A stretch of DNA of 64,000 bases, from the NCBI GenBank assembly GCA_049968255.1, contig JBMFRB010000007.1:96001-160000 (forward strand). Reading direction: 5' to 3'. The DNA is from Candidatus Sumerlaeaceae bacterium. GTDB taxonomy: Bacteria; Sumerlaeota; Sumerlaeia; Sumerlaeales; Sumerlaeaceae. Positions 38,682 to 48,386 of the stretch are shown piece by piece (within the stretch, counting starts at the first letter, position 1; every line of letters begins with the position of its first letter). The notes under the pieces were generated by a model, which saw only the letters and a list, made by a program, of their open reading frames with translations, made no database searches and was not told where the DNA came from. Both the position numbers and the translations under genes were made by a program.

Positions 38682-39437
38682 TTACCTCCCTGCAGCCTTC
38701 TTCGAAGCCTTCAACGGGTTAATGGCTTTCGCCGCAAGCTCGGCGAGGCGCGCTTCTTTTGTCGCCAGCAAGCGAATTTGGCGTTCGGCTTTCTTCCCGC
38801 GTACGGTCTTGCGAATGATCACAAAGCCATTGTTGTGTCCTGGAACGCTCCCTTTGACGAGGATGAGGTTTTTATTCTCATCCGTTTTCATGATGACCAG
38901 GTTCAGGGCTGTGCACCGGGCTGCACCCATGTGCCCCGCGGCGTGTTTTCCTTTCCAAGTTCGTGAAGGGAAGCTTGACGCTCCCTGGGATCCCGGGCGG
39001 CGGTGGTACATCGACCCGTGGGTTTCCGGCCCACGCCGGGTATGCCAGCGCTTGATGGGAGAGGCGAAGCCACGACCCTTGGAGATTCCAATGACGTCGA
39101 CGTGCTCGCCTTCTTTGAAAACGTCTCCGATTTTGAGCTGGCCGCCCACTTCTGGAAGCGCTTCGAGAATTCCGCTGTCTTCGAGGCGGAACTCTTTAAT
39201 GAATCGCATGGGTGGCACACCGATTTTCTTAAACTGTCCGAGCAAGGGCTTCGGGGTCAGTTTTTCTTTTCGTTCACCGAAGCCAAGCTGCACAGCAGTG
39301 TAACCATCCTCGTCCTTCGTCTTTTTATCGAGGACGACACACGGCCCCGCTTCAATGAACGTCACAGGGACCAGCCGTCCGTGCTGGTCGAATATCTGTG
39401 ACATTCCTAATTTTCTTCCTAATAGTCCAATCGGCAT
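38682..39437 (-). CDS. rplC: 50S ribosomal protein L3 with C-terminal extension
   Basis: GRKLGMSQIF, DGYTAVQLG, SKGRGF, HRRPGS and KGSVPG. Confidence 0.97.
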   Translation of the reverse strand: MPIGLLGRKLGMSQIFDQHGRLVPVTFIEAGPCVVLDKKTKDEDGYTAVQLGFGERKEKLTPKPLLGQFKKIGVPPMRFIKEFRLEDSGILEALPEVGGQLKIGDVFKEGEHVDVIGISKGRGFASPIKRWHTRRGPETHGSMYHRRPGSQGASSFPSRTWKGKHAAGHMGAARCTALNLVIMKTDENKNLILVKGSVPGHNNGFVIIRKTVRGKKAERQIRLLATKEARLAELAAKAINPLKASKKAAGR

Positions 39438-39550
39438 AATTCGCTTTCTCCGCGAGTGCAGCACGCTGGCCCATGTTGCGAGCCGGCGTCGGCTGTGTGG
39501 CACTGTATGCTTCTGATTTACGGCGCCGAGGGTTGACTCGTGCCGGAACA

Positions 39551-39862
39551 TCAGGACAGCTTGATTTCCACGTGGAGCCCTGACGGTAGCTCCAGTTGCG
39601 TCAAGGCGTCGAGCGTCGCCTGAGTCGGGTTGATAATATCGATGATGCGCTTGTGGATACGCATCTCGAACTGCTCCCGGCTCTTTTTATCAACGTGGGG
39701 CGAGCGATTGACCGTGTACTTGCGAATGCGGGTGGGCAGGGGGATTGGTCCTGCCACTTTCGCCCCCGTCCGCTTGACGCTCTCCACGATCTCATCGACG
39801 CTAGCGTCGAGTTGGCGATGATCGAATGCCTTGAGATTGATTCGGATTTTTTGTCCTGCCAT
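39551..39862 (-). CDS. rpsJ: 30S ribosomal protein S10
   Basis: [17 protein letters not shown] and [14 protein letters not shown]. Confidence 0.98.
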   Translation of the reverse strand: MAGQKIRINLKAFDHRQLDASVDEIVESVKRTGAKVAGPIPLPTRIRKYTVNRSPHVDKKSREQFEMRIHKRIIDIINPTQATLDALTQLELPSGLHVEIKLS

Positions 39863-39882
39863 TTGTCAGTTCTTTCCGAGGG

Positions 39883-39914
39883 GAGGACTGCCTCGCCTTT
39901 GTAAGGCAGTCCTC
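39883..39914 (-). promoter_or_regulatory. Perfect 11-bp hairpin in the tuf-rpsJ spacer
   Basis: GAGGACTGCCT (39883-39893) and AGGCAGTCCTC (39904-39914) are exact reverse complements. There is no U-tract on the minus strand. Confidence 0.5.
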
Positions 39915-39935
39915 ACATTTCGTAGTCTCGCAAAA

Positions 39936-41129
39936 TTACTCGATGATATCGGTGACGACGCCGGCTCCCACCGTGCGACCACCTTCGCGGATCGCGAAGC
40001 GGAGCTCTTTTTCCATCGCGATGGGGGTAATAAGCTCAACTTCGATGTTCACATTGTCGCCGGGCATCACCATCTCCACACCTTCGGGTAGTGTGACTAC
40101 GCCGGTGACGTCGGTGGTGCGGAAATAGAACTGTGGGCGGTAGCCCTTGAAGAACGGCGTGTGGCGTCCACCTTCTTCTTTGGTGAGGATATAGACGCTG
40201 GCCTTAAACTTGCGATGCGGTGTGATTGAGCCAGGGGCTGCAACGACCTGACCGCGCTCGATTTCGTCCCGCTCAATTCCGCGCAGCAGCAAACCGACGT
40301 TATCGCCCGCAAGCCCCTCGTCGAGCACCTTGCGGAACATTTCAACGCCGGTGACCACCGACTTCTTGATCTCGTCGCTAAGTCCAACGATTTCGACGTT
40401 GTCGCCGACTTTGATTCGCCCGCGCTCTACACGGCCCGTGGCAACTGTTCCGCGTCCAGAAATCGAGAAGACGTCTTCGATCGGCATGAGGAACGGCTTA
40501 TCGATGTCGCGCTGCGGCTCAGGAATATAGGTGTCCAAGGCCTCCATCAGTTTGTCGATGGACTGCACGCCGTACTCTGTATTTTCGCCATTGAGGGCCT
40601 GGAGCGCGGAGCCACGAATAATTGGCACGGTGTCGCCAGGAAACTCGTACTTGGAAAGCAGTTCACGCACCTCGAGCTCAACGAGGTCGAGGAGTTCCGG
40701 ATCGTCGACCATGTCGCACTTGTTGAGATAAACGACGATGTAGGGAACGCCGACCTGGCGGGCCAGCAGAATGTGCTCACGCGTCTGCGGCATGGGACCA
40801 TCGGTTGCGGCAACTACCAGGATAGCGCCGTCCATTTGGGCCGCGCCGGTGATCATGTTTTTGATGTAATCAGCGTGACCTGGGCAGTCGACGTGAGCGT
40901 AATGGCGTTTCTCGGTCTCGTACTCGACATGGGCGGTGGCGATGGTGATACCACGTGCGCGCTCTTCTGGCGCTTTGTCAATCTGATCGAAGGGAACGTA
41001 GTTGCCCAGCGCCTTTTCCGCCTGCCGCTTGGTGATGGCGGCTGTCAGGGTGGTTTTGCCGTGGTCAATGTGGCCGATTGTGCCGACGTTTACGTGTGGC
41101 TTCTTACGCTCGAACTTTTCCTTAGCCAT
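39936..41129 (-). CDS. tuf: Elongation factor Tu
   Basis: [25 protein letters not shown] and [11 protein letters not shown]. Confidence 0.99.
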   Translation of the reverse strand: MAKEKFERKKPHVNVGTIGHIDHGKTTLTAAITKRQAEKALGNYVPFDQIDKAPEERARGITIATAHVEYETEKRHYAHVDCPGHADYIKNMITGAAQMDGAILVVAATDGPMPQTREHILLARQVGVPYIVVYLNKCDMVDDPELLDLVELEVRELLSKYEFPGDTVPIIRGSALQALNGENTEYGVQSIDKLMEALDTYIPEPQRDIDKPFLMPIEDVFSISGRGTVATGRVERGRIKVGDNVEIVGLSDEIKKSVVTGVEMFRKVLDEGLAGDNVGLLLRGIERDEIERGQVVAAPGSITPHRKFKASVYILTKEEGGRHTPFFKGYRPQFYFRTTDVTGVVTLPEGVEMVMPGDNVNIEVELITPIAMEKELRFAIREGGRTVGAGVVTDIIE

Positions 41130-41571
41130 GATTTATTCCTCCATACTTTTCGTAACGCGTAGGCGGTCGCTCGACTGCCCATTTTGGAAGGTCGCTGCTC
41201 GCGGGGAGCTCGATCTTCCGAAACTTTTGGTGCTCTGCGGCCGTAGCTGGCAGGATGCCAGGGTCCTTGGCACACGTCGCACGTGTTACTCTTCTTCGGA
41301 AAAGTTATTTGACGCGGAGCCGCATTGTGCGTGCTCAGTCGCCGCTGCCGTGGCCAATTTGTGATGTGCCACTGCTACCGAAGTCGCCCTCTGCTTCTGC
41401 CTCTTTTGTGCTGCCGAGGCTTTTTATGCCCTTTTTTGCCGTTGCGCGGTGAGGGAGCCGCCCAACGTTTCGCGAGCAAGCGAAGCAAAGCTTGTCGCGA
41501 TGATGTGGGATCTTGACCGAGTGGATTGTCCTGTTGGAGTTCAGCTCAGCTGTCCACTACGAGTCCAGGCG

Positions 41572-41601
41572 TTTATACTCATTGCAACTAACACTATTCA
41601 A
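41572..41601 (-). promoter_or_regulatory. Candidate sigma70-type promoter for tuf-S10
   Basis: Minus-strand TTGAAT-N18-TATAAA just downstream of the stop of the lyase gene. Confidence 0.45.
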
Positions 41602-41617
41602 ACGCTGCAGAAATTTC

Positions 41618-44134
41618 TCAAAAGAAATCACGGCAAAGCAAGCGTGAATCTTCATGAGCGCAGGCTTCGAGTTGTCCGGAATCCCGTGAGGCAGGCGGTT
41701 TTACCGCTGTTTTATAGGCAACATCTGCGCGTTGAGAATCGAAAATCAGCTCAGCATAGACGGGCCTTTTCTGCTCCCAGCTTTGCCACTGGACAGTTAC
41801 CTTTTGTCCCCATTTGGGCACGAGGAGGTGGGAAAGCCGCGGGCTGGCAGAGCGGGGAACGATTTCGAAAACGTTCAGCACCTGGATCAAGTGGCCAGCA
41901 CCAACGCGAGCAGGTGACGCTTGGGCGGAGACTGTGAGATGCCATTCGTGACGCGTTGGCGGGATCCAATCGGGATAGAAGGCCGGCTCAGTGGAGTACC
42001 TATCCGTGATAGCGAGGTGGAGTTCAGCATTGGAAAAAATCCGGGCGAGGACGCGCGCGTGTGTGGTCGACAAGTCAAATGTCCTCGCTTCGCGCCGCAA
42101 GTGTGGTTGCACGCGGGTATGCCACATGACCTCGACAGTGGGGCGGGTTGATTCAATGTCATCAAGCACACACACTATTGCCGAGTCTCCGCAGTCCAAA
42201 GAGGCAACGCCACGGCGCACGCGGGTGGCGAGGCCAAGATAAGCCGGTGTTGCATCCGCCCAGCTCCAGGCAAGCTCGCCACTCTCTCCTGACGACAAGA
42301 TTTGCGATTTGGCGGCAGGCGAACGGCGCTGGCCTTGGCCTGCGATGAGCACGGCGTTGTGTGCGCGCGTGTGCCAATACCAGTCGCGGCAGAAGGGACT
42401 GTCGAAATAATCGCGAAAGCCCGTGTTGACAAAAACCGGGTCTCCGAACGCACCCATCACAAGCCCAAGCTGATCGCAGTGGCTGTGGCTGAGATTGCCG
42501 AACGGACTTGCCCGTAGCAACCACTGAACATCGCGCCCGGAATCGAGCAAATTCGAGTGATATGCTGCGAGGCCAGTTTCCGGAAAACATCTCAAGCGGG
42601 GGCTAATGCCTGGCGGGCGGGACGGTGGCGACTGAGATGTCGCTGCGAGGTAGCGCAGAGGAGAGATTCCTTCTGGCGTAAGCCCAACTTTTTCGGCGAG
42701 CCAAGCGCACTGCGCATTTGCGGTGAACTCAGCTAACATGGCAGCGATCCACGCCCGTCTGGGACTTGGGGGATTTTCGGAGAAATCACCAAAACCGGAA
42801 AGAGGACTTCCGGGGGGAGCCACGGCGAGAAGAAAATCGCCGCAGTGGGAATAAAACGGCTTCCGCGCGGCGGGAATGCTCATGACTTTTTCTAACTGCC
42901 AGAGCCAGTGGAACACAAACTCGTGGTAGGAGAGAAAATAGTGCAGTCCCTCTGCCCAACCACCATCACTGGCCCCCCAGATGGGATACCAGCCATAATA
43001 AATTGTTATCGCATAATCGAGCCATTCGGTGGCTTCTGGCAACTCTCCATACAGCGCAATGGCCACTTCCCCCAGAAAGTGCCACAAACGGCCATTGTGG
43101 CTGTTATAGGGACATTGTTCATATGGCGCTTCTTGGCGCCGCAAATGGCGGTATGCCTCCTGCGCTCGTACCCGCAGCATCTCGCGAACACGAGTTTGCT
43201 CGTCGGTGTGGAGCTGATCATGGAGCCAAGTGTAAGCATGGGCACAGGAAAACATAATATGCATGGTTTGTTCGTCATTGACGCGTAGACTTGTGGTGCC
43301 GGATGGATCCCACGAGCTGAGATGGAGTAGCCATTTCTTTGCAGCTTGCGCATATTGGGGAGAGCCGGTCACGAGTGCTGCAAAGGCAAGCGTCTCGGTG
43401 CAGTGTGCAGCGCGGACGATTTCTCGATAGTATTGCAGCCACTCCTGCGCGTTCCATCGGCCTCCGCTCCACGGTCGAGGTTCCTGAGGGAGCGGCTCAT
43501 TTAGTAACTTGTTAGCTTCTTTTTCAAGCAACTCAAACCAGTGGCGATGAGTGGCGCGGGTGCGGCGGAGCGCTGCGAGCTGCTCAGCTCTCACCAAAAG
43601 TCGGGGATGACGCGTGGGAACGGAGCTGTGCACTGTCGAATAGGACGGGCGAGGGAATTCCGGTACGCTTGCAGGCACGATGAAGTGTCGCGGTTGGCTC
43701 CACGCACTCAGTGATGTTCCGTTTTCGTCGAAAGCTACGCGGAACCTCCAAGCATAGGCTCCTGATTCAAATGTCTTCTCAGGTGTGAAAAGAGCAAAAC
43801 GTGAAACAAACTCTTTCGCGGACGATGAGGGAGCATCCTGTCGCTGCACTTGCAGCACGTAGTGCGCAGCTTTAGGGTGAGGTACCCAGACAAAACACGG
43901 TGGGTTGATGGTCACCGTCGTCCCGTTGGCGGGAAGAAACCCAAAGCCTTCTGAGGGAACGGAGAGTTCTGGGGATTGTGCTGCCCACAGGAAGGAAACC
44001 AGAACAAAAGCATTGAGCAAAAGACCAAGACAAGCAAAAGCGCGTTTTCTGCTCAAGTGCAGCGCTCCGCGACAGGGCGCCAAAGCATTTTGGCTATGCG
44101 CAAGATTTTTCAGCTCTGTCGGCCGCATGTCCAT
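41618..44134 (-). CDS. DUF4962 / heparinase II/III-like exolytic polysaccharide lyase (PL15-like), secreted
   Basis: Hydrophobic signal region; HPRL, YNSH, WGASDGGWAEG..Y, GFGD, SHSHCDQ and HTRAHN. Start uncertain. Confidence 0.8.
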   Translation of the reverse strand: MDMRPTELKNLAHSQNALAPCRGALHLSRKRAFACLGLLLNAFVLVSFLWAAQSPELSVPSEGFGFLPANGTTVTINPPCFVWVPHPKAAHYVLQVQRQDAPSSSAKEFVSRFALFTPEKTFESGAYAWRFRVAFDENGTSLSAWSQPRHFIVPASVPEFPRPSYSTVHSSVPTRHPRLLVRAEQLAALRRTRATHRHWFELLEKEANKLLNEPLPQEPRPWSGGRWNAQEWLQYYREIVRAAHCTETLAFAALVTGSPQYAQAAKKWLLHLSSWDPSGTTSLRVNDEQTMHIMFSCAHAYTWLHDQLHTDEQTRVREMLRVRAQEAYRHLRRQEAPYEQCPYNSHNGRLWHFLGEVAIALYGELPEATEWLDYAITIYYGWYPIWGASDGGWAEGLHYFLSYHEFVFHWLWQLEKVMSIPAARKPFYSHCGDFLLAVAPPGSPLSGFGDFSENPPSPRRAWIAAMLAEFTANAQCAWLAEKVGLTPEGISPLRYLAATSQSPPSRPPGISPRLRCFPETGLAAYHSNLLDSGRDVQWLLRASPFGNLSHSHCDQLGLVMGAFGDPVFVNTGFRDYFDSPFCRDWYWHTRAHNAVLIAGQGQRRSPAAKSQILSSGESGELAWSWADATPAYLGLATRVRRGVASLDCGDSAIVCVLDDIESTRPTVEVMWHTRVQPHLRREARTFDLSTTHARVLARIFSNAELHLAITDRYSTEPAFYPDWIPPTRHEWHLTVSAQASPARVGAGHLIQVLNVFEIVPRSASPRLSHLLVPKWGQKVTVQWQSWEQKRPVYAELIFDSQRADVAYKTAVKPPASRDSGQLEACAHEDSRLLCRDFF

Positions 44135-44217
44135 TCTTGTTTTTCGCTTGGTTTCCCCAAACTCATATTTTCACCTTCGCGCACGCGTCCCCCAACTATT
44201 TCGTCTAAGACAGTGGC

Positions 44218-45762
44218 CTATGCATGAAATTGCTGCGATTGATTTTCCAGGTACTCCATTATGCTGCGTGCCAAGTGCGCCGCGGTATGAATCTTTGCTT
44301 CTACCGCGGGCTGTAGTCCCAGTTTGCACAATGCCGCCGAGGTCAGTGGGCCAATACTGGCGATGAGCACGCCGGGGAAAAGTGCGGCTAGCTCCTCAGG
44401 CTCAATGCTGGCGGCAAGACTTTCGACCGTCGAGGCGCTTGTAAAAGTCACAATATGGACGCGCTTTTCACGCAACGCGTCGCGAAGCTGGCTGATCCCC
44501 CGTTCGTCAGGCACCGTGTCATAGAGGGGCAATATGCGCACGTGAGCCCCTTTTTCAGTGAGGATGCGTTCAAGGGCGTCGCGTGCTACCGCAGCGCGCG
44601 GCACCAAGACATGGTCATTCTGATGTACTTTGAGGGATTCAGCGAGCGCCTCCTGGACAAAACGGCCTGGGACAGCGTCGGGGCGGACGCCATGCGCTTC
44701 CAGTGTTTCGGCTGTTTTCTCGCCGATGGCCGCGACTTGCGCTTCCGAAAGAGCCCGCGCATCGAGCTTCAGCTGCCTTAGATGATTGAAGAAAAATTTT
44801 ACGCCATTGGCGCTCGTGAAGACGATCCAATCGTAAGAATGAAGCTTGAGCAGTTCGTCGCGGATTTCGTTGGAAAAGGCGCGAGGCTTGATGGCGATCG
44901 TCGGGGTGAGGAGTACGTCGGCACCCTCGCGTTGCAAAAGCTCTGCAAGCTCTTCGCTTTGATCTTTCGGGCGGGTGAGCGCAATCCGATAGCCAAAGAG
45001 CGGCTTGTGCTCGATCCATCGCAACTGGGGGCGCAAACGCACCACTTCGCCGATGATGGTGATTGCCGGGGGCTCCAAGTGGGCTTCGTTTGCACGTTGG
45101 ACAATATCGCCTAGGGTTCCAGTCACAACCTCTTGCTCCGGCATAGTGCCCCAGCGAATGACGGCAGCTGGTGTTTGCGGTGATTTTCCGTGGCGAACAA
45201 GTTGTGTGACGAGTTGGTGTAACGTGCGCACACCCATAAGGAAAATGAGGGTGCCCTCGAGCTGGGCGATTGTCTTCCAATCGAGGTCGTTGTGGTTTTT
45301 CTCTGGTGCTTCGTGTGCGGTGAAGACGTGGAAACTTGCCGCGATGCCGCGGTGTGTGACAGGAATGCCCGCGTAGGCCGGGACCGCAATCGCAGAGGTG
45401 ATTCCAGGGATCACCTCGAACGCAATGCCTGCTTCGGCAAGAGCCAGTGCCTCCTCTCCCCCGCGGCCGAACACAAATGGGTCTCCGCCTTTCAAACGCA
45501 CAACAACTTTGCCTTCGCGGGCGCGCGCAATGAGAAGCTCCTCAATTTCTCGCTGACTGAGGGTATGGTCCCCAGCCATTTTCCCCACGTAGATGAGCTC
45601 GGCCTGCTCGGCGCAGGACGTGAGAAGGGCGGGATTCGCCAAGTGGTCATACACGACGACTTGCGCTTCGGCCAGGCAACGCATGGCACGTTTGCTGATG
45701 AGACCGACATCACCGGGACCCGCGCCGACAAGATAAACTTTCCCCGTGCTTTGCTCGCTCAT
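44218..45762 (-). CDS. cobA: Uroporphyrinogen-III C-methyltransferase / uroporphyrinogen-III synthase fusion (CobA-HemD)
   Basis: VYLVGAGPGD, RLKGGDPFVFGRGGEE and GIPVTHRG, followed by HemD motifs TRP, FTSANGV, FTSAST and SIGP. Confidence 0.93.
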   Translation of the reverse strand: MSEQSTGKVYLVGAGPGDVGLISKRAMRCLAEAQVVVYDHLANPALLTSCAEQAELIYVGKMAGDHTLSQREIEELLIARAREGKVVVRLKGGDPFVFGRGGEEALALAEAGIAFEVIPGITSAIAVPAYAGIPVTHRGIAASFHVFTAHEAPEKNHNDLDWKTIAQLEGTLIFLMGVRTLHQLVTQLVRHGKSPQTPAAVIRWGTMPEQEVVTGTLGDIVQRANEAHLEPPAITIIGEVVRLRPQLRWIEHKPLFGYRIALTRPKDQSEELAELLQREGADVLLTPTIAIKPRAFSNEIRDELLKLHSYDWIVFTSANGVKFFFNHLRQLKLDARALSEAQVAAIGEKTAETLEAHGVRPDAVPGRFVQEALAESLKVHQNDHVLVPRAAVARDALERILTEKGAHVRILPLYDTVPDERGISQLRDALREKRVHIVTFTSASTVESLAASIEPEELAALFPGVLIASIGPLTSAALCKLGLQPAVEAKIHTAAHLARSIMEYLENQSQQFHA

Positions 45763-45845
45763 GTGAGCATTTGCTTTGCTTTTCGCACGCGAGACAACGA
45801 AAAAAGCCGCAAATCATAGGACGCCCAAAGAATGAGGCAGGAACG

Positions 45846-47717
45846 ATGAAGAGGATTGTGTTCATTGGAATGATTGCGCTAGGGCTCTCGCTATTCTGGG
45901 GAGTAGGCATGGCTGCAAAAGTCAAGAAGGATTCGCGTGCGATTCCGCTGCCTGTAGGCGTGGTGGAAGGTTTTTACGGGCGACCTTGGACGCACGAGGA
46001 ACGCCTAGAAATGATTCGCTTCATGGGCGAGATTGGTCTGAATCATTACTGCTACGCGCCCAAAGACGATCCCTACCACAGGAAGAGATGGCGCGACCCT
46101 TACCCAGAGCAAGAGCTGGCAAAGCTTCGCGAGCTCGTGAACGCATGTCAGCGGGCAAACGTGAATTTTTGCTTCGCAATCAGCCCAGGATTGGACATCG
46201 AATATTCGAATCCACGAGAGCTCGAACTCCTCGTGGCGAAATTAGAGCCTTTGGCCAAGGCAGGGGTGCGGTGGTTTGCTCTCTTTTTTGACGACGTGCA
46301 GAGCACGTTCACTCACGAGTCGGACACGAAAAACTTCGCGAGCTTCGCTGAGGCTCACGTCAAGCTGGCAAATGATTTGTTGCAGCGCTTGCGCCAAGGG
46401 CATGCAGAAGCCTCGCTCATTGTATGCCCGACGGAGTATTATCACTCGGATCCGACCCCCTACCTGACAGAGCTTTCGAGCAAGCTACATCCTGAGATCC
46501 CGCTGGTATGGACGGGTCTTGGCGTGTGCTCGCCCAAAATTGATCCGTCGGATTTACTGCGGATACGCGAGGTGACACGACGCAAACCATTCCTTTGGGA
46601 TAATTATCCGGTGAACGATTACGATACGGGACACATTTACCTTGGGCCAGTGCGTCACCGGACGCCGCTGCTAGGGTTGAATCTAAGCGGCTATTGGTCG
46701 AACCCCATGAATGAACCGGAGTTGTCGAAGATTCCTTTGCTGACAATCGCGGATTTTTTCCGATCGCCTGAGAGTTACAATCCGGAGACGAGTTGGCGGC
46801 AAGCGCTGAGGCGCGTGGCAGGTCAGCGAGCTTATCCTTACATGTTGAGGCTGGCCGATTTCATGAACGGCTCGTTTTTGACAGGCGATGAGGGCCGCGT
46901 GTTGTGTACCCTTGTTGGAGATTTTTTCGAGGCGCCTTCGCCGGCCGCCGTCTCGAGCCTGCGCGAGTATTTGCAGCAACTTCTCGACCTGGAAAATAAT
47001 CTGAATCGCACACTCGCGAACCAGCGTCTGTTCCAGGAGTTGCGTCCCAGCCTCAAACGTCTGCGCGTGCACGTGCGCAACCTCCAGGCCGCATTGCGGA
47101 TTGAGGAAGTTGGTATCAACACAAGTGAGGCGAAACAGCTGCGCGACGTGTTGGCCCAAGGTCTTGCAGCGCTAGACTCACCTGTGACCGCGCCAGCAAT
47201 GGCAAGTGCTGATTGGGAACGCCTGCTGCGTGACGAGACGAGTGTGTTCCCGGGCAATGTCGCGGATGAGGTGTTTGCTCAGCTTCAGCAGCATTTCTTC
47301 TCGAAATGGACACGGGAGACGTCGCCAACACTCCCAGTCCTTGTCTCAGCTCCGCCCGCTGCAGGTGGGAATTTTGGCGAACTTGCTTTCGATGAAAATG
47401 AGGCGACTTTCTACAAATCTCGCAATCCATGGAAAGCTGGACAATACCTTGCGGTCGATTTCAGGGAAACGTTACGCCAGGGGGCAACCATTCGACTGAC
47501 CGCGGATGGCATCGAGAAGTGGGGCAACATTTTTTTTCCCGAGCTCGATGTGGAAGTTTCGTTGGATGGTCTAAAGTGGCAAAAGGTTGGCAGCATTGAC
47601 GCAAAGCAGAGAAGCGCCGAGACAGATAAAGCTTTTCGGTTCGTGCGACTGATCGCCGTGAAAGAAACGGAAATCCAAGTGCTGTTACGGGAACTACGCG
47701 TGGAACCGAGAAAGTAA
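45846..47717 (+). CDS. GH84 beta-N-acetylglucosaminidase (O-GlcNAcase / NagJ-like), secreted, with a C-terminal CBM32-like beta-sandwich
   Basis: Signal peptide; GVVEGFYGRPW, YAPKDDPYHR, catalytic FFDD, CPTEY, WDNYPVND and NPM. Confidence 0.92.
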   Translation: MKRIVFIGMIALGLSLFWGVGMAAKVKKDSRAIPLPVGVVEGFYGRPWTHEERLEMIRFMGEIGLNHYCYAPKDDPYHRKRWRDPYPEQELAKLRELVNACQRANVNFCFAISPGLDIEYSNPRELELLVAKLEPLAKAGVRWFALFFDDVQSTFTHESDTKNFASFAEAHVKLANDLLQRLRQGHAEASLIVCPTEYYHSDPTPYLTELSSKLHPEIPLVWTGLGVCSPKIDPSDLLRIREVTRRKPFLWDNYPVNDYDTGHIYLGPVRHRTPLLGLNLSGYWSNPMNEPELSKIPLLTIADFFRSPESYNPETSWRQALRRVAGQRAYPYMLRLADFMNGSFLTGDEGRVLCTLVGDFFEAPSPAAVSSLREYLQQLLDLENNLNRTLANQRLFQELRPSLKRLRVHVRNLQAALRIEEVGINTSEAKQLRDVLAQGLAALDSPVTAPAMASADWERLLRDETSVFPGNVADEVFAQLQQHFFSKWTRETSPTLPVLVSAPPAAGGNFGELAFDENEATFYKSRNPWKAGQYLAVDFRETLRQGATIRLTADGIEKWGNIFFPELDVEVSLDGLKWQKVGSIDAKQRSAETDKAFRFVRLIAVKETEIQVLLRELRVEPRK

Positions 47718-47754
47718 ACAAAGCGGGCGCCAAACGACACCAGCCGGGGTAGCT

Positions 47755-48369
47755 ATGACTCGACAGCGAATTATCATGGGAATCACGGGGGCAAGCGGAA
47801 CAATTTACGCGCGTGCTCTACTGGAAGAACTCCTCTCACTCGACATCCAGGTGCACCTGATCGTAAGCAATGCTGCAAAACTTGTGATGCGCGAGGAGCT
47901 TGGCCTGATGTTTCCGTCGCAGAAGTTCGACGTGGCGCACTATCTTGGACACCAAGTTGAGTCGGGCCGCGTGATCCTTTACGACGACACTGATCTGGCG
48001 GCGGGACCGGCCAGCGGCACATTTCGGAGCCGTGGTATGGTGATTTGCCCCTGTTCGATGAAAACGTTAGCGACCTTAGCCGTTGGCACGGGGAACTCGC
48101 TGATCACACGCGCCGCGGATGCGTGCCTAAAGGAGCGGCGGCGACTCGTGCTGGTGCCCCGCGAAACACCTCTCAGTCTCATCCACCTACGTGCAATGGT
48201 CAATGTCACGGAAGCGGGGGCTGTAGTCCTGCCTGCGGCTCCGGGTTTTTATCACAGGCCGAAGACAATTGAGGAACTTGTTCGGCACATCGTCCTGAAG
48301 ATTCTCGATGCGCTTCAACTCGACCACCAGATTCCGTATCGCTGGAGAGATGCTTGCGATGTGCACTAG
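47755..48369 (+). CDS. ubiX: Flavin prenyltransferase UbiX
   Basis: GITGASG, ASGTF, PCSMKTL, RAAD..LKERR.LVLVPRETP and PGFYHRP. Confidence 0.95.
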   Translation: MTRQRIIMGITGASGTIYARALLEELLSLDIQVHLIVSNAAKLVMREELGLMFPSQKFDVAHYLGHQVESGRVILYDDTDLAAGPASGTFRSRGMVICPCSMKTLATLAVGTGNSLITRAADACLKERRRLVLVPRETPLSLIHLRAMVNVTEAGAVVLPAAPGFYHRPKTIEELVRHIVLKILDALQLDHQIPYRWRDACDVH

Positions 48370-48386
48370 GTGGCGTTAGCTCGCAA

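Noticed and set aside
30255-41364. Many long plus-strand ORFs opposite the ribosomal genes and tuf
   Set aside because: Antisense shadows produced by codon bias in conserved genes.
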